From NCBI GenBank assembly GCA_963783145.1, contig CAWAMM010000009.1, positions 182,381-246,380 of the forward strand: a DNA stretch of 64,000 nt, given 5' to 3'. Position 1 is the stretch's first letter, and the number at the start of each line of letters is the position of its first letter. Made by a program: the position numbers and the translations under genes. The DNA comes from an uncultured delta proteobacterium. Its GTDB lineage: Bacteria > Desulfobacterota > Binatia > Binatales > Binataceae. Shown in pieces: positions 26,531-36,173 of this stretch. The notes under the pieces are model-generated. The model made no database searches and had not been told where the DNA came from. It saw only the letters and a list, made by a program, of their open reading frames with translations.

Positions 26531-26991
26531 GCAAGCCTCCTCGGTAGGCCTTCTGGCGCAATTGGTTTTAAACGCGGATTGGCACGGTCGCGCTGAGCAT
26601 CGCTCGTCGCGGCATTGTAGGCCCTCTTCCGGCCCGCGCCTGCGCCGTTTGGCATACTTCGAATTGTTATAGTTATCCTACAATCAGTCAATAGGGTTGT
26701 AGAGGTATTTTGCAGATGCACGAGACGTCTGGCGGGTGTGCAAAGCCTTGCCGGATATGGCTTTTCGGCGAGCGGCGGGAAATTCTACATAATGTACGCT
26801 ACTTTCAGGCGCGCAATTTTTCGACAAAATCCAGCCGATCCTTGCCCCACAAGAGCTCCTCTCAGACGACGAACGACGATGCCCCGAACACCGCGCGCGC
26901 GACGCCACCCTCGGTGGCCGCCGCTGGATACCGTGGGCTTGTTCAAGTTAAAAGTTAGGTTGGCGGGTACGAGATCGCAGGCGGGGATGCG

Positions 26992-29900
26992 ATGATTCGA
27001 TACTGGGTTGCGCTGATTCGCAACTTCATGGGGCTAATACTGTTGGCGGCGATCGCCGCCGGTGGAGCATCGGCGCAGGACGACAATCCCCGAGCCAAAT
27101 CTCCACCTGACGTTTCCCAGCTCATCCACCAATTGAAGAGCCTTGATCCGCAGGAGCGCTTACACGCGGCCCACGCATTGGAGAAGATAAAGCCGCTCCC
27201 ACCTGAAGCCATTGAGGCTCTGGTGGAAATGCTGAGAACGGCGCCTTACAACGAGGCTCAGTACGCCATTAAAGCTTTGAGTGGAGCGGGACCAGGGGCA
27301 ATCCCACCTCTCGCCGCGTTGGCCGAAAGCGGGAATGAGACGGCGGTCTGGGCGCTGGGCCGCCTGGCCTTTTCCGAACCAGCGGCGTGGCCGATTTTAG
27401 TCGATGTTTTCAAGAGCCAGTCCGCTGATATCCGGAGTGCCGCGGCGTCTCAGCTTGCGATTGCCGGTCCACCGGTCGTGCCTCTATTGGTGAAAGCTCT
27501 AGCGGACGACGACCCGCGCATGCGTGCCGGCGCCGCGGAGACCCTGGTGCACATCCGGCTTAGGCCGACCAATGAAGTTGGAGTCAGGTATGCAAAGCCC
27601 GAGGATCTAGCCCCCGCGGTACCCCTGTTGGCCAAGCTGTTAAACGACCCCGATGAAGAGGTTCGCGATCGCGCCGCTCTCGCGCTCGCCTATGCAGACC
27701 CTGGCGACCAACGGGCCGCGCCGATTATTGGGCAAATCCTGGATCGTGGTGGCGCCTACGAAACTCCGCATTTTTTTAAAACAGATGCAATTGCAGCGTT
27801 GCAAAACATGGGCAGCAACGCGAACAGCGCCGTCCCGGCTCTCGCACGCGTCCTGGCCGGCTACCCCGACGCGAACACGTGCGAGTTGGCGGCGCGCGCG
27901 CTGGGCAAAATCGGCGGAGCCGAGGCGTGCGCCGCATTGACGAAAGCAATCGTAGGCAGCAAGAACGATGAAGCCCGAGGATGGAATAACGACGCGGTAA
28001 GCGCGGTAAATGAAGTGCGCATCGGGGCGGCCGATGCGATCGTGGAAATATCGCCAGTTTGCCCGCAGACGATTCCAATTCTGATGGCGACTCTCGGCAA
28101 ACCCTGGTCGGCATCCGGCGCGCTTACCAAACTCGGCAGTCCTGCCGTACCGGCGTTGGTGACAGCATCAAAAAGCCCGAATCTTAGCGTGCGCGAAGAG
28201 GCGGTCCAGACACTCGCCGCGATCACGCCGGTCCCTCCTGCCGCGGCGCACGCGCTTACGCTCGCGCTCCGAGACGCGAGCCTCGACCTCAACACGCGGC
28301 AAGCGGCGGTTGGCGCGCTGGCGAACGTCAAGCCGCCCACCCCCGAGGCGGTGGACGGGTTAATGCTTGCGCTGAAAGACCCGAGCAACACCATACGATC
28401 GACGGCCGCGACGGCATTGCAGGACCTGGGCGGCGAGGCAGGCCGGGTCGCCCGCGCCGAGCTAAAGCACGAGCAATTGGCTGCAGCGCAAAGCTCTCAG
28501 CCGGACACCCGCAGCTACAGCAAGGAAGAACTCGTCGCTACCATTCGGGATCCCGACCTCGAGTATCCGCTCACGCTCACATATCTGGTCCCGATTCTTC
28601 CTACCCCCGGTTCGATAGACGAGGCTCCATTCATCGTCACGGTGCATAGCGCCGAAGAGGGTCAAAACGAGCGTCTGATCGTCTGGAAGAAGACCGGCGT
28701 CGACGAGTACCAGAAGATAAACGTAATGGATGCCGATCCGGGTAATCAGGAGCATTTTCATGTTCCGATCACCTTCCGGGCCACAGTTCAAGTGACAACC
28801 GCGGATGGGCAGCAATCCGAAGAGCGAGAGTTTTTCGTCGAGATTCCTGTGGAGTGGTACCGGGGTGGCGAAGAGCGCGTATTCGCGGTTGACGGCGATG
28901 GTTGGCATTCGGTGGAGATCGAATCGCCCAATGAAATGGTGTCAGATCCAAAGCAGATCGCGTTGAAATACCAAACCTCCGGCGGCCCCGACCTCGGTTC
29001 GTACCACCAGCTCGATTGGTCCTACCTGGTCTCCAACGAAGGAGACGCCATGTGCTGTCCGTCGGGCGGGGAAGTAAGCGGGACTTACAAGATCGTGCAG
29101 GACCGCGCACAGAATCCGCCGACCTGGAAGATGGTGGTCGCAACCGCCAAATTTAGCGGGGAGTCAGATGCGGCCGAGGCAGCGAAGAAGCTCGCGGAAA
29201 CTTCCCGGCTGATAGGCGACCTGAAAAGCTCCAATTTGCAACAGCGCAGAAAGGCGGTCCTTAAGCTCTCAAGTACCGATCCGCTGCCCCCCGAAGCGAT
29301 TCAGGCTTTGGCGGAAGCGGCGAAGACCCTGGATCCTACAGAACCTCCGCCCGCGGTGACTCACACGCCGGGGCAAGGCGCTGAGAATACCGTAGCAATG
29401 GCCGGGGGCATCAGCCGAGGCGGCCAGCAGAGTTGCGAAATCGCGATTTACGCGCTGGGTCGCGCATCGGAACGCGATCCGATGGTCTGGCCGATTCTGA
29501 TCGACGCGCTCAAGGATTGTTCCAGTCCCAAGCCTGCCGCCGTTGAGTTGGCCAAATTCGGCCGGCCGATTCTGCCCTTGCTTCTGGAGGCGCTCAAGGA
29601 CCAGGACCCTCGCATGCGCGCGGGGGCTGCAGAGGCACTAGGACTGATGGTGAAGCCTCCTGGGGAACGGTATTTTGATCCGGACCAACCCTTCGGTACT
29701 CCGGTGCGCCAGGCGACGGCGAGCGCCGCGGATCTGGCGCCTGCGGTACCCGGACTGACTGAGGCGCTGCAAGATCCGGACTCAAGCGTACGCAATCAGG
29801 CGGCCATCGCGCTTGCGCTGGCGCTGCCGAACAACAGGCAACCTGTGCCGATCCTTGTTCGACTTCTGGAGAGTCCGGACCAAGAGTTGCGCCAGGCTGC

Positions 29901-31179
29901 ACTGGCAGCACTCGACGGGATGGGGGAGAGCGCCAAAGATGCAACACCGGCCGTGGAGCGTCTGCTGGCGGACGACAAGGATTCTCAGACGGCCGGGCAA
30001 GCCGCACACGTGCTCGGTTCAACCGCCGGAGCGGCGGCCTGCGATCCACTGACGCACGCGATCACGGATAGCAAGGATAATTTCGTGCGCCAGTCTGCGG
30101 TCGCCTCCATGGGGCGACTCGGGCCAGCCTGCCCGCAGACCATCTCCACGCTGATGGGAACATTCGGCGGCGATGAGCAAGTCGCGTTTTCCTCGGTGCG
30201 CGCGCTTCGCACGATTGGAAAGCCTGCGATGCCCGCACTGACCGCGGCGTTAAGAAGCTCTGACCCAAAGACGCGGCGGGCAGCGCTTGAAGCGTTTGAG
30301 GGCATGCACGTAGCGCTCACGCCGGAAGCCGCGGACGCGCTAACGACCGCGCTTGGGGACCAGGACTCCGAGGTGAGATCGAGAGCCGCGCAATCACTCC
30401 ACAACGCCGGGGGCGCGGCCGAGCAAGCCGCCCGCGCCGAAGAGAAGCGCGAGGAAGCGGCAGAAACGGCAGCGAATCCGGAACCGCATATTGCGCCTGC
30501 TCCGAAATTCAGCAAACCGCAGATTATCGCTCCGATACCTGCCGATGCGACTCACGAGCACCCTCTCAAGCTTGCGTTGTTCGCCCCGATTTCAGGTTAC
30601 GCCGTCACTCTTCATACCGGGAAAGATCGTCCTGAGCGACTGGTCTTCTGGAAGGTAGCCGATGACAAATATCAGAAGGTAATGCTCATAGAGTCCGTTC
30701 CAAATTCCGGCGAACATTTTCAGGTTCCGACCAGCTTCGACGCAACCATAGAGAGCCCGCCGCCACAGAGTTTTATTGACGTCGCGACGTTAGGACGCCT
30801 CGGCATCACTGACCGGGTGCTCCACACCGATTACGATGAAGATCATTGGCAACCGGTCGAAATCGAATCACCCCAAGACTGGTACAAGGACAAGCTGGCG
30901 CCATCCGAGACCGTGCGGCATCCCGGCAGGAATTTCTTCAGCGACGGTGGACTCGAATTCGAGTTCCAAATCTGGAACTCGAACGACCAGGACTGCTGCC
31001 CGACGGCGGGACGGGTAACCGGCACCTACAAAATCATCAGGGCGCAATCCTCGATTGGCATTGCTTGCGCCGATTCAATTCGCGATTACTGCGGTGCCTC
31101 GCGCTGGAACAGTGACGGCGGGCGCTGGTCACATTGGAGAAAGACCGCACGCGGGCAACGTCATGGAATCGGACATTGA
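26992..31179 (+). CDS. Giant secreted protein: [HEAT-like repeats + unknown ~215-aa domain with vicinal CC motif] x 2; 3' end probably frameshifted (conserved end reaches 31273)
   Basis: 1395 aa in the track. Signal-like N-terminus LILLAAIAAGGASAQD. HEAT/PBS-lyase-like repeats are present (..DDDPRMRAGAAETL.. / ..DQDPRMRAGAAEAL.., DPDEEVRDRAALALA / DPDSSVRNQAAIALA). The two halves (26992-29163 and 29164-end) are collinear. Each half ends in a domain with WHSVEIESP / WQPVEIESP and CCPSGGEVSGTYKIV / CCPTAGRVTGTYKII. Confidence 0.7.
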   Translation: MIRYWVALIRNFMGLILLAAIAAGGASAQDDNPRAKSPPDVSQLIHQLKSLDPQERLHAAHALEKIKPLPPEAIEALVEMLRTAPYNEAQYAIKALSGAGPGAIPPLAALAESGNETAVWALGRLAFSEPAAWPILVDVFKSQSADIRSAAASQLAIAGPPVVPLLVKALADDDPRMRAGAAETLVHIRLRPTNEVGVRYAKPEDLAPAVPLLAKLLNDPDEEVRDRAALALAYADPGDQRAAPIIGQILDRGGAYETPHFFKTDAIAALQNMGSNANSAVPALARVLAGYPDANTCELAARALGKIGGAEACAALTKAIVGSKNDEARGWNNDAVSAVNEVRIGAADAIVEISPVCPQTIPILMATLGKPWSASGALTKLGSPAVPALVTASKSPNLSVREEAVQTLAAITPVPPAAAHALTLALRDASLDLNTRQAAVGALANVKPPTPEAVDGLMLALKDPSNTIRSTAATALQDLGGEAGRVARAELKHEQLAAAQSSQPDTRSYSKEELVATIRDPDLEYPLTLTYLVPILPTPGSIDEAPFIVTVHSAEEGQNERLIVWKKTGVDEYQKINVMDADPGNQEHFHVPITFRATVQVTTADGQQSEEREFFVEIPVEWYRGGEERVFAVDGDGWHSVEIESPNEMVSDPKQIALKYQTSGGPDLGSYHQLDWSYLVSNEGDAMCCPSGGEVSGTYKIVQDRAQNPPTWKMVVATAKFSGESDAAEAAKKLAETSRLIGDLKSSNLQQRRKAVLKLSSTDPLPPEAIQALAEAAKTLDPTEPPPAVTHTPGQGAENTVAMAGGISRGGQQSCEIAIYALGRASERDPMVWPILIDALKDCSSPKPAAVELAKFGRPILPLLLEALKDQDPRMRAGAAEALGLMVKPPGERYFDPDQPFGTPVRQATASAADLAPAVPGLTEALQDPDSSVRNQAAIALALALPNNRQPVPILVRLLESPDQELRQAALAALDGMGESAKDATPAVERLLADDKDSQTAGQAAHVLGSTAGAAACDPLTHAITDSKDNFVRQSAVASMGRLGPACPQTISTLMGTFGGDEQVAFSSVRALRTIGKPAMPALTAALRSSDPKTRRAALEAFEGMHVALTPEAADALTTALGDQDSEVRSRAAQSLHNAGGAAEQAARAEEKREEAAETAANPEPHIAPAPKFSKPQIIAPIPADATHEHPLKLALFAPISGYAVTLHTGKDRPERLVFWKVADDKYQKVMLIESVPNSGEHFQVPTSFDATIESPPPQSFIDVATLGRLGITDRVLHTDYDEDHWQPVEIESPQDWYKDKLAPSETVRHPGRNFFSDGGLEFEFQIWNSNDQDCCPTAGRVTGTYKIIRAQSSIGIACADSIRDYCGASRWNSDGGRWSHWRKTARGQRHGIGH

Positions 31180-31374
31180 ATCGAACCCAGTGCCTCCCTG
31201 GAAGATGGTCGTCGACACTGCCGAGCGGCAGCCTGCTAGCATCGCGTCGCTCCTGAATTGTCCTACTGGATAGGGCTTGCGAGCTTCTTCGGCTTCGCGT
31301 GCCGCACTGATAACATTTAAAGGAGAACATCGTTAATCTGACAACCTCCAGGGAGCCCCCGAAACCTGACCCAC

Positions 31375-34242
31375 ATGAGCTCCAGAATCCCCAGCGGAAC
31401 CTATCGTTTCCAGCTTCATCGCGAGTTCAACTTCAAGGATGCGATGGCGCTGGTCCCTTACCTGCACGACCTCGGCATCAGCGACTGCTATCTATCGCCC
31501 ATCACCGAGGCGCGGGCCGGCAGCCTCCATGGTTACGACGTAATCAACCACAGTGAGATAAATCCTGACCTCGGCACCGAGGACGATTTTCACGAGTTCG
31601 CGCAGATGCTGCACGAGCGCGGGATCGGCATCGTGCAGGACATCGTGCCCAATCACATGTCGATCGGAGATGCCACCAATCAATGGTGGAATGACGTCCT
31701 CGAGAACGGGCCGAGCTCTCCATACGCCGATTTTTTCGACGTCGATTGGAATCCGCCCAAGCACGATCTTGCCAACAAGGTTCTGCTGCCGGTGCTGGGC
31801 GAACAGTACGGCAAGGTGCTGGAGAACAAAGAGATCCAAATTGCCTACGACAATGGCAGCGGCACCTTCCAGGCGCGTTACTTCGAGCATTCCTTTCCGC
31901 TCGCGCCGCGCAGCCTGCAATGGATCCTCAAGCCGGCGCTGCGCGCGCTTACCCAGAAGCTCGGCGATTCGGATCCTGACGTGCTCGAGCTGGAGAGCAT
32001 TCTCAACGCCGTCGAGCATCTGCCGGAGCGGACCGAGTCCGATTTAAAGAAGGTTCGCGAGCGGCGGCGCGAGATCCCGGTCATCCGGCGTCGGATCTCG
32101 GATCTGTACGAGAAAAGCCCCGACGTTCGCGAAGTGATCGAAGACTCGCTGGAGGACCTCAACGGCGTCAAGGGCGAGCCGCGCAGCTTCGATCGGCTGG
32201 AACATCTGCTCGCCGATCAGGCCTTTCGTTTGAGCTTTTGGAAGGTCGCGTCCGACGAGATCAACTATCGCCGATTTTTCGACATCAACGAGCTGGCCGC
32301 GATCCGGATGGAGGATCGCGCGGTTTTCGATGCGACCCATGAGATGATTCTGAAGCTCATGGGGCGCGGTCTCATCGACGGATTGCGCATCGATCACGTG
32401 GACGGCCTGCTTGATCCGCTTCAGTACCTTCGCCGCCTGCAGCGCGGCGCCACCGAAGCACTGGCGGAACGCGCCTCGGATCCCGACCGGCGACTCTATG
32501 TCGTGGTGGAGAAGATTCTCGGCGAGCACGAAAAGCTGCAGCCGTGGCCGGTGCACGGCACGACCGGTTACGAATTCATGAATGTCATCGGCAGACTGTT
32601 CGTGGCCCCCGAAAATCAAAGGCGCTTTCGCGAGCTCTACACCGGGTTCATCGGCGAGCGCCTGAACTTCCGCGACATCGTCTATGAGAGCAAGAAGCTC
32701 ATCATCCAGACCGCCATGTCGGGTGAGATGGCGGTGCTCTCGCGCCGCCTGGACCGCATCTCCGAGCAGCATCGATGGTCGCGCGACTTCACCCTCAACG
32801 GCCTCACCGACGCGCTGGAGGAAGTGATTGCCTGTTTCCCGGTCTATCGCTCCTATGTGCGGCCCGAGACCGGCAAGGTTGACGACGCCGATCGCACTCA
32901 AATCATGACCGCGATCCGGCGCGCCAAGCGGCGCAACCCCAGCGTCAGCGAATCGATCTACGATTTCATCGCCGCGGTCCTGCTGCTCGAAAATCCCAGC
33001 GGCCTCAGCGAGGCGGAGCGCCTTGAACGCGGCGAGTTTGTGCTGCGCTTCCAGCAATACACCTCGCCGGTGATGGCCAAGGGCTTCGAAGACACCGCGC
33101 TCTATCGCTATTACCCACTCGCATCATTGAACGAGGTCGGCGGTGAGCCCGACACGTTTGGGATCAGCCTCGATGGGTTCCACGAGTGGAATCGCGAGCG
33201 GTTCGCCAGTTGGCCGGCCGCGATGTCCGGCAGTTCCACTCACGACACCAAGCGCGGCGAGGACACGCGTGCGCGTCTCTCCGTGCTGTCCGAGATTCCG
33301 GACGAATGGGAGCAGGCGGTCAAACGCTGGTACCAAATGAATTCCGCCGCGCGAAAACCAATCGAGGACAGCGAGGTTCCCGATCCCAACGAAGAATATC
33401 TTCTCTACCAAACCCTGGTCGGCATTTGGCCCGACGCGCCGATGGATGCAGCCCAGCGTGAAGACTTCATCAAGCGAATCCAGGCCTATATGGAGAAGGC
33501 GGTCAAGGAAGCCAAGGTCCACACCAGCTGGATGAATGCCAACGAGCAGCACGATCGCGCGCTCAGCGAATTTCTCGCAAATATATTGCAGGAAGGAACC
33601 CAGTTCGTCGCCGATCTCACGAAATTTCAGGCTCGCATCGCACGCGCCGGCATGCTGAATGCACTGTCGCAAACGATTTTGAAGATTGCAGCGCCGGGCG
33701 TGCCGGACTTCTATCAGGGCACCGAGCTATGGGCGTTGAACCTGGTCGATCCCGACAATCGGCGACCCGTGGACTATGCGCGACGCTGCGCGATGCTCAA
33801 AAAAATCCGCGAAGCGGCGAAGCGCGACCCCATCGCCACGACCTGTCATTTGCTCGCGGACATGCGCAGCGGCGCGATCAAGCTGTTCCTCATCAATCGC
33901 GCGATGGAGTTCCGTCGCGACCATCCCGAGCTGTTCATGCGCGGGGAATATCTTCCATTGAATGTCACCGGGCCGCGAGCCAACCACATCATTACCTTCG
34001 CCCGGGTGCTCGAGGGCAAGCGCGTAATCGTCATGTGTGGAAGATTTTTCATGCAGCTGGCCGCTGCTCCGCCGCTGCCGGTCGATCCCGCGGTATGGGC
34101 CGGGACCTTTATCGAGGTCGGGGCGGATGCGTCGTCGTCGATGACGGATGTGATCACTGGGCGTTCAATTTCGATTGTCAGTGGGCGGCTCGCGGTTGGC
34201 GAAGCATTCGCGCAAATGCCGGTGGCGATGCTTTACGACTAA
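31375..34242 (+). CDS. treY: Malto-oligosyltrehalose synthase
   Basis: 955 aa. N-terminus GTYRFQLHREFNFKDAMALVPYLHDLGISDCYLSPI and the GH13 motif DIVPNHM are typical of TreY. treZ lies directly downstream. Confidence 0.9.
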   Translation: MSSRIPSGTYRFQLHREFNFKDAMALVPYLHDLGISDCYLSPITEARAGSLHGYDVINHSEINPDLGTEDDFHEFAQMLHERGIGIVQDIVPNHMSIGDATNQWWNDVLENGPSSPYADFFDVDWNPPKHDLANKVLLPVLGEQYGKVLENKEIQIAYDNGSGTFQARYFEHSFPLAPRSLQWILKPALRALTQKLGDSDPDVLELESILNAVEHLPERTESDLKKVRERRREIPVIRRRISDLYEKSPDVREVIEDSLEDLNGVKGEPRSFDRLEHLLADQAFRLSFWKVASDEINYRRFFDINELAAIRMEDRAVFDATHEMILKLMGRGLIDGLRIDHVDGLLDPLQYLRRLQRGATEALAERASDPDRRLYVVVEKILGEHEKLQPWPVHGTTGYEFMNVIGRLFVAPENQRRFRELYTGFIGERLNFRDIVYESKKLIIQTAMSGEMAVLSRRLDRISEQHRWSRDFTLNGLTDALEEVIACFPVYRSYVRPETGKVDDADRTQIMTAIRRAKRRNPSVSESIYDFIAAVLLLENPSGLSEAERLERGEFVLRFQQYTSPVMAKGFEDTALYRYYPLASLNEVGGEPDTFGISLDGFHEWNRERFASWPAAMSGSSTHDTKRGEDTRARLSVLSEIPDEWEQAVKRWYQMNSAARKPIEDSEVPDPNEEYLLYQTLVGIWPDAPMDAAQREDFIKRIQAYMEKAVKEAKVHTSWMNANEQHDRALSEFLANILQEGTQFVADLTKFQARIARAGMLNALSQTILKIAAPGVPDFYQGTELWALNLVDPDNRRPVDYARRCAMLKKIREAAKRDPIATTCHLLADMRSGAIKLFLINRAMEFRRDHPELFMRGEYLPLNVTGPRANHIITFARVLEGKRVIVMCGRFFMQLAAAPPLPVDPAVWAGTFIEVGADASSSMTDVITGRSISIVSGRLAVGEAFAQMPVAMLYD

Positions 34243-34310
34243 CTGCGCGATAGTTTCGGCAGCTCATTCCTACAAACCAACGGAAGTGCTTTTCTGAGGC
34301 ATCGAAACCT

Positions 34311-36173
34311 GTGTCTGCATCCAGGCAAATGGAAAACCCGTGGCGTCTTGAGTTCGGCGCGCGCCCGCTTCCTTCGGGCGGCGTACAGTTTCGCGTCTGG
34401 TCGCCGCTGACGAAAGAATTGTCGGTAAAGATAAAATCGCCGCGTGAGATGGTCGTGCCGATGAGATCAGTCGATGGCATTTTCAGCGCGGCGGTGAACG
34501 AGATCGGACCCGGCGCGGATTACATGTACGTGATCGACGGGACCAAGGAACGATCGGATCCCGTCTCACGATTTCAACCCGGCGGCGTCCACGGTCCCTC
34601 GCGCATCGTCGACCCCGATGCCTTCAAATGGGGCGACGGCGAACGGAGAGGCCTCGCGCTCGAAGATTACGTGATCGATGAGTTGCACATCGGCACCTTC
34701 ACGCCCGAGGGAACCTTCGCTGCGGCGATCGAAAAGCTCGCTCATCTGCGCGCGACCGGAATCACCGCCCTCGAAATAATGCCGGTCGCGCAATTCCCCG
34801 GCGCCCGCAACTGGGGTTATGACGGCGTCTATCCGTACGCAGTGCAATCGACCTATGGCGGTCCCGACGGATTGAAGCGGCTGGTCGACGCGGCCCATCG
34901 CGCCGGGCTCGCCGTCATAATGGACGTCGTCTACAACCACCTCGGCCCGGAGGGAAATTATCTTCCGGACTTCATGCCGTGCTTTTCCCATCGCTATCGA
35001 AGTCCGTGGGGCGAGGCGCTCAACTACGATGGCCCCTACAGTTACGGCATGCGCCGCTACGTGATCGAGAATTCGCTCTACTGGCTCACCGAGTACCACA
35101 TCGATGCGCTGCGGCTGGACGCGGTGCATAGCATTCTCGATTTCGGCGCGAAGCATATGCTCGCGGAGTTGAGCGAACAATTTCACGCTGAGGCGCTGAA
35201 GCTCGGTCGCAAGGCATTCCTGATCGCGGAAAGCGATCTCGATGACGTGCGCGTGATTACGCCGGTCGACCAGGGCGGCTGGGGGATGGATGCGCAGTGG
35301 AGCGACGCATTTCATCACTCGGTCCACACTGCCCTCACCGGCGATCATCATGGATACTTCGAGGACTACGACGGGTTGCGCGATCTGAGCAAGGCGCTGC
35401 GTGAGGGATTCGTCTATGACTGGCGCTTTTCGAAATTCCGCAAACGCTTTCATGGCAGCTCGTCAAAAGATCGTCCCGGGAGTCAGTTCGTGATCTCCAC
35501 TCAGAACCACGATCAAGTTGCCAATGCGCTGGTGGGCAAACGGCCCATGACGCTTACCTCGCGCGGGCTCGAAAAGGTCGCGGCGGCGCTTCTGATATGC
35601 GCGCCGAATATCCCTATGTTGTTCATGGGCCAGGAATACGGCGCGACCACGCCATTCACCTACTTCACCGATTTTCCGGATCAGGAATTGGGCAAGGCCG
35701 TTAGCGAGGGGCGCAAGAAAGAGTACGCGAGTTTTCTCGGCGCGGGGTTTATTGATCCGCAAGCGCGCGAGGCCTTCGACACTTCGAAACTGGATTGGCG
35801 CCAGATGACGCAGCCGCAACATCAGGAGATGCTGAAGTTCCATCGCGATCTGCTGGCGTTACGAAAACGTCACCAATGTCTTTCCAATTGCCGCAAGGAT
35901 CTCACCGCGGTTGAGTTCAACCAGGATGAACGCTGGATTACGATCGAGCGCGGAGACGATTCCGGAGAACGAGCTATCGTGGTGTGCAATCTCAATGACA
36001 AGCTAGTCGAGGTTCCGATCAACCTCCGCGCGACTGCTCAACTTGCGCTCTTCGGCGGGGAGGACGGTGCGCATCCGCCACTCGCACGGCTTGAAGCGGG
36101 TCGCCGCGTCGTCACCCTGGGTCGCGCGGGCGCGGCCATCTATATCGGGAAAGGTAATTCAAAATCATCGTGA
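34311..36173 (+). CDS. treZ: Malto-oligosyltrehalose trehalohydrolase
   Basis: 620 aa, with GTG at 34311 or ATG at 34329. GH13 motifs DVVYNHLGPEGNY, ALRLDAVH, LIAESD and QNHDQV are present. Confidence 0.9.
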   Translation: MSASRQMENPWRLEFGARPLPSGGVQFRVWSPLTKELSVKIKSPREMVVPMRSVDGIFSAAVNEIGPGADYMYVIDGTKERSDPVSRFQPGGVHGPSRIVDPDAFKWGDGERRGLALEDYVIDELHIGTFTPEGTFAAAIEKLAHLRATGITALEIMPVAQFPGARNWGYDGVYPYAVQSTYGGPDGLKRLVDAAHRAGLAVIMDVVYNHLGPEGNYLPDFMPCFSHRYRSPWGEALNYDGPYSYGMRRYVIENSLYWLTEYHIDALRLDAVHSILDFGAKHMLAELSEQFHAEALKLGRKAFLIAESDLDDVRVITPVDQGGWGMDAQWSDAFHHSVHTALTGDHHGYFEDYDGLRDLSKALREGFVYDWRFSKFRKRFHGSSSKDRPGSQFVISTQNHDQVANALVGKRPMTLTSRGLEKVAAALLICAPNIPMLFMGQEYGATTPFTYFTDFPDQELGKAVSEGRKKEYASFLGAGFIDPQAREAFDTSKLDWRQMTQPQHQEMLKFHRDLLALRKRHQCLSNCRKDLTAVEFNQDERWITIERGDDSGERAIVVCNLNDKLVEVPINLRATAQLALFGGEDGAHPPLARLEAGRRVVTLGRAGAAIYIGKGNSKSS

